Part shown: in pieces, positions 6,699 to 11,216 of the stretch
How positions within the stretch are numbered: position 1 is the first letter of the stretch
Layout of the letters: every line of letters begins with the position of its first letter
Virus genome (UHGV): UHGV-0117334
Length of the DNA: 11,216 bases
From: a virus
Reading direction: 5' to 3' (one strand)
Program-made: the position numbers and the translations under genes
The notes under the pieces: generated by a model
Databases searched by the model: none
What the model saw: only the letters and a program-made list of their open reading frames with translations
What the model was told of the DNA's origin: nothing

Positions 6699-7341
6699 TT
6701 AATAATGCAGTTCGATTTAAGCTCAGACATCGCGACTTAATTAAAAGCCAGCGTTCTTTATAATCTTGTCTCCAGCTATCAATAGATATATTCAGTAGAA
6801 AACTCAGATGCCTGTCCTGTTCTCTCTCATCAACTGCCTCAGCACACGTAAGTTCTGATTTAACCTGCTGTGCCGCGTAATAAATCAATTTCCGCATGGC
6901 TTTTTTCGTGGAGGCCTTCATTTTTTTAAAGCCGCCCCCCGAATGAGCAACCAGAAAATCAAGCCATAACCACTGACAAACAATCACATCATTGTTGTAA
7001 TCAGGCTTGCATCCGTAGCAATAATAAAGCCAGGCTGATTCCTCGTTATTCAACTGACCAATAGCCCTGCGCCAGCTGGCGCTCTGAAAATCAATATCAG
7101 TGAGCAACATTGATGATTGTTTAAATGTTTTCCCCTGGTGGAATCTAACCGGCTCAGCAGGAACGGACACTTCGTATGAGTTATCATCACCTACACTGAT
7201 TGACCGGACTGGTTTATTGTTAAAGCGTCCTGATCTGCCTAGACGCATCTGCTCAAGCTGGACCTCTAGGATGCCACGCTGGCGATAATGAATATCAGCC
7301 AATGCCGTGGATACGCAGCTGCGTATATACTCAAGCTCCAC
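6631..7341 (-). CDS. hypothetical protein (236 aa); Q-like late antiterminator candidate by position
   Basis: GTG start with AAGGAG SD about 10 nt upstream, immediately after cro. Several Cys residues (CYGC...C). Antiterminator role is inferred only from the cB-cro-Q gene order recalled for N15-like phages, not from a recognised motif. Confidence 0.6.
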   Translation of the reverse strand: MELEYIRSCVSTALADIHYRQRGILEVQLEQMRLGRSGRFNNKPVRSISVGDDNSYEVSVPAEPVRFHQGKTFKQSSMLLTDIDFQSASWRRAIGQLNNEESAWLYYCYGCKPDYNNDVIVCQWLWLDFLVAHSGGGFKKMKASTKKAMRKLIYYAAQQVKSELTCAEAVDEREQDRHLSFLLNISIDSWRQDYKERWLLIKSRCLSLNRTALLNAAEKRSEIIKRHRAGSAILPL

Positions 7342-7579
7342 GCTTACGGCTCTCCTTAATCGACTGCTTTACCCGCCGAGTTGTAAAGTCACTCTTCAGC
7401 TTGTAAGCAGTACGAACTTCAATATCACTTTGCCGCAATGAAGGAATCTCTCCAGCGGTTAACCATTGGTAAACAGCACCGGGTGTTACACCTACCCCAG
7501 CCGCTGCTTTTTCTACACTGCCAAAGTGGCGAATAAGTTCTTCTGGTTTCATGCGGTTATTATAAGCAATAAATCGCAT
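7331..7579 (-). CDS. cro: Cro-like HTH regulator
   Basis: 82-aa ORF divergent from the repressor. HTH segment FGSVEKAAAGVGVTPGAVYQWL is typical of Cro/YdaS-type proteins. An alternative start at ATG 7552 (MKPEEL...) lies just downstream of a TATAAT-like hexamer. Confidence 0.75.
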   Translation of the reverse strand: MRFIAYNNRMKPEELIRHFGSVEKAAAGVGVTPGAVYQWLTAGEIPSLRQSDIEVRTAYKLKSDFTTRRVKQSIKESRKRGA

Positions 7580-7580
7580 T

Positions 7581-7620
7581 TAAAGCCAGCTATAATAAAT
7601 AAATTTTATAGCCAGCTATA
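7581..7620. promoter_or_regulatory. operator region: two 14-bp palindromes TA(A/T)AGC-CA-GCTATA between divergent repressor and cro genes
   Basis: TAAAGCCAGCTATA (7581-7594) and TATAGCCAGCTATA (7607-7620) are spaced 26 bp centre to centre in the 64-bp intergenic region; the second ends 23 bp before the repressor ATG. Confidence 0.6.
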
Positions 7621-7643
7621 AGAAGATCATTTATGATTAAGCT

Positions 7644-8240
7644 ATGAAAACACGAGGCGAACGACTGAAAGCACGCCGTTTAGAGATGAAGCTGACGTTG
7701 CGAGAAGTTGCTGAGGCTGTCGATATCTCTATTGCAGGCGTCCAAAACTTAGAACGTGGCGACGTAATGCCGTCACTGGAGATAGGTATTGCCCTGGCTA
7801 AGTGCTTACGCAAGCCAGTGCATTGGGTGCTATATGGGACAGAATATGACCCTGATCGCATTCCTGTTATTGGCACAACTGAAAGTGGGCCGGATGAAGA
7901 GTGGAAGCCGGGACAGGTTCCAAATACTGAGCGATTCCTGCCATTCATCAGCCAGCGCAATACTGTGTATGCGTTAACTATCAGCAATCTTACGCAGGGA
8001 AACTATCAGCCAGGCGATTTTCTCCTGGTCGATTCTGCGCTGGAACTGGTCCCCGGCGAGGATGTTCTGGTTCGTGATACTGCAGGAAATATCACTATCC
8101 AGCGCCTGGCCCGTTTTGATGATGAAAATTACTATCTGGATGGAACAAACTCACAACGCGCCATCTTCAGGAAAAGCGATCTTGAATTTGTTCACCAAAT
8201 AGTCGGAACGATCAAATCATTCATGGTTGAGGGTAGATGA
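7644..8240 (+). CDS. phage repressor, CI/CB-type (N-terminal XRE HTH, C-terminal beta-rich domain)
   Basis: 198-aa ORF. HTH segment LTLREVAEAVDISIAGVQNLERG. The C-terminal domain resembles the oligomerisation / peptidase-like domain of CI/LexA-type repressors, but I could not pick out a clear Ser-Lys catalytic dyad by eye. No SD before the ATG, so it may be translated from a leaderless or short-leader mRNA. Confidence 0.85.
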   Translation: MKTRGERLKARRLEMKLTLREVAEAVDISIAGVQNLERGDVMPSLEIGIALAKCLRKPVHWVLYGTEYDPDRIPVIGTTESGPDEEWKPGQVPNTERFLPFISQRNTVYALTISNLTQGNYQPGDFLLVDSALELVPGEDVLVRDTAGNITIQRLARFDDENYYLDGTNSQRAIFRKSDLEFVHQIVGTIKSFMVEGR

Positions 8241-8341
8241 CTTAATACGGGGTTTATTGTTTGCTGTAAATCTGGTTTAATGCAGGGCATATGTTCTGTG
8301 GGTTGACTCAGGTTACAGCAGCAGAAAAAAGACGAAAAAAA

Positions 8342-8370
8342 ACCCGAGTCGGCAAACTCGGGTCCTTTTC
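8342..8370 (+). terminator. rho-independent terminator downstream of the repressor gene
   Basis: A-tract, then 8-bp stem ACCCGAGT/ACTCGGGT with 6-nt loop, then CCTTTTC. Located about 100 bp after the repressor stop. Confidence 0.6.
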
Positions 8371-8485
8371 AGGAAGCAGCCACAACAACGCGACAGATTC
8401 CGTCAATTCAAGATGCGTTTATTGTGGCTGCTCCTGCGGATTTTTTCAACCCGAAAAAACATAATTCGCATGGAATGGCTAAAAA

Positions 8486-11020
8486 ATGACATTAAACGAT
8501 TTCTATGCGGATCGCTTTGGCAGCGATCCGTTCTCGCTAATTGAAGCAGCACGGGATGAAATAACCGAGCTGGCACAGATGGCTGGTATCAACTGGCCTG
8601 CCTGTTCCGACAACATCCAACTCAACCCTCGCGGGGGGGGTGAGCGTTACTCTTCATACAATAAAACATCTCCAGAAGCTCTCGAAAAGAGCCTGAAAGG
8701 ACGCGTAGAAATTTACTCCAGGCTGGAACACAGCAAAGGGATTGATTACCCGTTCATTAACTTCGTCCATAAAGGCAGCGATGCTGGCTCATGGAGCGGT
8801 TTCTCCTTCCTGTTTTCTGAATATCGCCGTGAGCAACAACGGAATAATGCGACCGTGGTCGCACAACCGGAAGAAGAACGGGCAAGAATAGAACGTCAGG
8901 CCGAAGCACGTCGTCGCCGTGAAGAACAAAAACGAATTAATGACCTGAAAAACAACCAAATGGACCATGAACGTTTGCTGGGATGGCTGGCATTCCACAG
9001 TGCTTGGGAACATGCTCCTGCAGAAGACGGCTCATGGCCATATGCGATTAAAAAAGGTATTCGTGACGTTTTTAATTCGTGTGATGTGCGTCGCGTGACC
9101 AGTCACGACAGCGCAAAATGGAGCAGGGGGCCAACCACGTATATGGCTATCCCTCTGGCTCACCTGGACGGTCGTTACGATGGTCGTATTGTTGGTTGGC
9201 AGAGAATCGACAAACAAGGTGGAAAATACCAGACCAGCGCCGTAACCAGCGGCGATTTCGTCGGTGCCTGCTTTGTTATCGGTGAGCTGAAAGGGGCGCA
9301 AAACATCGCTGTTACAGAAGGTTTTGCTACTGGTGCATCCATCTGGCTTGCCACGAAAAAAGATAAACGCTTTGACGCTGTGGTTGTCGCTGTATCCGCT
9401 AACAACATGGTTCATGTTGTGGAACAACTGGTAAACATGTACCCGGCGGCAAAAATCACCTGCGCACTGGATAATGACCGGAAATCAGCTACAGAAGGAA
9501 AAGGGAATACCGGCCTGCGGACTGGCTATGAAATCTTATCGAAATTCAACGATGTCCGCTGCGTCTATCCAACTTTTGAAGACGATCCGCAAATGGAGTG
9601 CAGTGACTTCAACGACCTGCACAAACTACGTGGACTTCGTGAAACAGCACGTCAACTGTTTGCAACTGCAAACCGCCTGAAAACTGGCACTGATTTGCTA
9701 TCTCTGACGCTCAACCGCCTGAAGACAATTAAGCGGGATAACCGTCGTACTTTTGCCAAAGAGCTGCTGAGAGCGGTGGATATTGGCATGCTAACCTGTC
9801 CGGTTCCTAACAGTCCGTCAGACTTATTTAACATGTTCTGCATCGTTCTGCGTGAAATGGGGCTGGAAAATATCTATCGCGCTACGGTAAAAGACCACAT
9901 TGCCCGTCGCCTGAATAAAAAGTGCCGTATTGCCCAGGCTCCGCGCTCATTCAGCGAACGCATAACTGATCCCAATAAACGTCCTCAACATATCACCTAT
10001 AAGCGTTTTGAAACTTCGGTAATGACCGATGACGTCCTGAAGTACGTGCAATCACTACAGGGGATAGTCATCGTCCGTGCTGGTATGGGTTCCGGCAAAT
10101 CTACTGGATTGTTACGACCGTTAATGCATAGCTCAGAACGTGGTATCTCTGTTGCTCACCGTGTCTCCCTTATTGGTGGCCTGTGGGAAATGATGACAGA
10201 AGGAAAAGGTGTAAAAGCCGATATCCTGCACTATCAGGACCCTGGCTATCAGGAAATGGCTCCATACGCCAGTAAACTGACCATCTGCATAAACTCGATT
10301 GTTAAAAACTGCTGGCAACCGTTGATGCGCCAGCACGACTATTTTGGCTTTGACGAGGCCACACAAGGGCTACGTGCCGTTCTTTCCGGTCGGGCTATGG
10401 AAAACCCGGTGGCTGTATTCCATACGCTAATTGACGCGCTGGCCAGAACGGAACAACACCCAATCATGGTGGATGCTGATGCGAACGATCTGCTGGTTGA
10501 CCTGGCTGAACTGGCTATGAAACGCCGTGAAGAACTAGGTTTACCGGCATGGCTGCAGATCCACGTAATTGAATTACCTGTTGATGTTCGCAACCGCGAA
10601 ACAGGTGAGCCAATCCGGGTTTTTTATACAGAAAAAGATCGCATTATGACCGAGGTGGTGAAAGCTGTATCGGATGGCGAAAAAATCATGTTGGCCACCG
10701 ACAGCTCCACCTTTGCAGAAGATGTGACAGCCACCCTGAGAATGCATTTTCCTGGTAAGAAATTTCTGTGTGTAAACCAGAAAAGTAAACAGGATGAAGA
10801 AGTCGATGCCTTTACCAACCAGCCAAAAGTAATGGTGATGAAATACGATGGACTGATCTACAGTCCGTCAATTTCCTCCGGGGTGTCATTTGAGAAAAAA
10901 CATTTTGACCGTCATTTCGGCATGTTCTGCGGTGAAGTTGTGCCCAGCGACGCAGTGCAAATGCTACGCCGCGACCGTACAGCAAAAGAATTTATTATCG
11001 GCTTTGAAAGATACGGATAA
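8486..11020 (+). CDS. repA: replication protein: Toprim-type primase fused to a P-loop helicase (RepA-like primase-helicase)
   Basis: 844-aa ORF. Toprim motifs (IAVTEGFATGASI with catalytic Glu; CALDNDRK DxD motif). Walker A (GMGSGKST) and Walker B-like (YFGFDEATQG) in the C-terminal half. Same strand as and downstream of the repressor, as recalled for repA in N15-like phage-plasmids. Gene symbol is by architecture only. Confidence 0.85.
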   Translation: MTLNDFYADRFGSDPFSLIEAARDEITELAQMAGINWPACSDNIQLNPRGGGERYSSYNKTSPEALEKSLKGRVEIYSRLEHSKGIDYPFINFVHKGSDAGSWSGFSFLFSEYRREQQRNNATVVAQPEEERARIERQAEARRRREEQKRINDLKNNQMDHERLLGWLAFHSAWEHAPAEDGSWPYAIKKGIRDVFNSCDVRRVTSHDSAKWSRGPTTYMAIPLAHLDGRYDGRIVGWQRIDKQGGKYQTSAVTSGDFVGACFVIGELKGAQNIAVTEGFATGASIWLATKKDKRFDAVVVAVSANNMVHVVEQLVNMYPAAKITCALDNDRKSATEGKGNTGLRTGYEILSKFNDVRCVYPTFEDDPQMECSDFNDLHKLRGLRETARQLFATANRLKTGTDLLSLTLNRLKTIKRDNRRTFAKELLRAVDIGMLTCPVPNSPSDLFNMFCIVLREMGLENIYRATVKDHIARRLNKKCRIAQAPRSFSERITDPNKRPQHITYKRFETSVMTDDVLKYVQSLQGIVIVRAGMGSGKSTGLLRPLMHSSERGISVAHRVSLIGGLWEMMTEGKGVKADILHYQDPGYQEMAPYASKLTICINSIVKNCWQPLMRQHDYFGFDEATQGLRAVLSGRAMENPVAVFHTLIDALARTEQHPIMVDADANDLLVDLAELAMKRREELGLPAWLQIHVIELPVDVRNRETGEPIRVFYTEKDRIMTEVVKAVSDGEKIMLATDSSTFAEDVTATLRMHFPGKKFLCVNQKSKQDEEVDAFTNQPKVMVMKYDGLIYSPSISSGVSFEKKHFDRHFGMFCGEVVPSDAVQMLRRDRTAKEFIIGFERYG
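8848..8865. repeat. 18-bp palindrome, copy 3 of 3, inside the primase-helicase coding sequence
   Basis: TGCGACCGTGGTCGCACA identical to 2202-2219. Encodes the residues ATVVAQ of the replication protein. Confidence 0.6.
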
Positions 11021-11021
11021 G

Positions 11022-11216
11022 GGATACCGTAATGCGGCTTTGAACTTCGCTTCGGGTTTCGCTGATCAAAATGTTTATATCGAGGTCATGAAACACATGT
11101 TAAAGGCGAAGCCGGAAGTCAAGGTGGATATCTTGAACTGGATAGGCCGTGAAAGCAAATGCCCGTCTAAACATGACGTGATCAAGAATCTGGAACTTCG
11201 TTTTGATCTACCAGCG
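11022..11216 (+). CDS. open reading frame in the +1 frame relative to repA, running off the window end; either a frameshifted C-terminal continuation of the replication protein or a separate downstream gene
   Basis: This frame is open from 10857 to 11216 with no stop, overlapping the last 164 nt of repA. Both frames look protein-like. First in-frame ATG is at 11088. Confidence 0.4.

Noticed and set aside
7644-8240. Calling the repressor a self-cleaving LexA/S24 peptidase-type repressor
   Set aside because: I could not identify a convincing Ala-Gly/Cys-Gly cleavage site or Ser-Lys dyad by eye; the nearby LexA-box-controlled small ORF suggests antirepressor-mediated induction instead. A profile alignment is needed.
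2202-8865. The 18-bp palindromes as host REP/BIME or ERIC-type intergenic repeats
   Set aside because: The sequence does not match the REP or ERIC consensus I recall, two copies overlap coding sequence, and the motif closely resembles a ParB/SopB-type centromere half-site arrangement.
65-10818. Numerous short ORFs in the six-frame track that lie inside or antisense to larger genes (for example 65-277, 111-500, 394-582, 482-712, 561-752, 1048-1257, 1646-1936, 2675-2863, 2844-3032, 2855-3124, 3134-3397, 3792-4010, 4125-4331, 4773-4982, 4977-5210, 5360-5638, 7100-7288, 7637-7987, 7789-7977, 8789-9013, 9032-9427, 9175-9408, 9474-9680, 9652-9843, 10133-10366, 10339-10593, 10624-10818)
   Set aside because: They overlap better-supported CDSs, lack ribosome-binding sites and recognisable motifs, and are the expected shadow ORFs of a gene-dense phage region.
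1-11216. CRISPR array, integrase/att site, insertion sequence or transposase
   Set aside because: No regularly spaced direct repeats, no tyrosine or serine recombinase-like ORF, and no terminal inverted repeats flanking a transposase-like gene were found.

Overview
This window reads as the immunity, replication, accessory and lysis portion of a temperate phage element from an enterobacterium, and its layout most resembles N15-like phage-plasmids (an inference from architecture, not a database hit). On the + strand a CI/CB-type HTH repressor (7644-8240) is followed, after a terminator, by a large Toprim-primase / P-loop helicase replication gene (8486-11020). That gene stops at 11020 while a +1-frame ORF opens at 10857 and runs off the window end. 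Divergent from the repressor, a Cro-like gene heads a long leftward operon: a 236-aa Q-antiterminator candidate, Zn-ribbon proteins, a DEDDh 3'-5' exonuclease, a wHTH protein, a small membrane protein and unknowns. Further left are a small ORF behind a near-consensus LexA box (SOS-controlled antirepressor candidate), a Gp49/HigB-like toxin plus XRE antitoxin pair, two small genes, an orphan DPPY DNA methyltransferase, and a pinholin / SAR-endolysin cassette with the first codons of an Rz-like spanin at the left edge. No rRNA, tRNA, CRISPR array, integrase or transposase was seen. The most striking non-coding signal is three dispersed copies of an 18-bp palindrome, TGCGACCGTGGTCGCACA, whose 16-bp core is one base per arm away from the F-plasmid sopC SopB-binding palindrome as I recall it. 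All calls rest on reading the sequence and the ORF track by eye; no searches were run.
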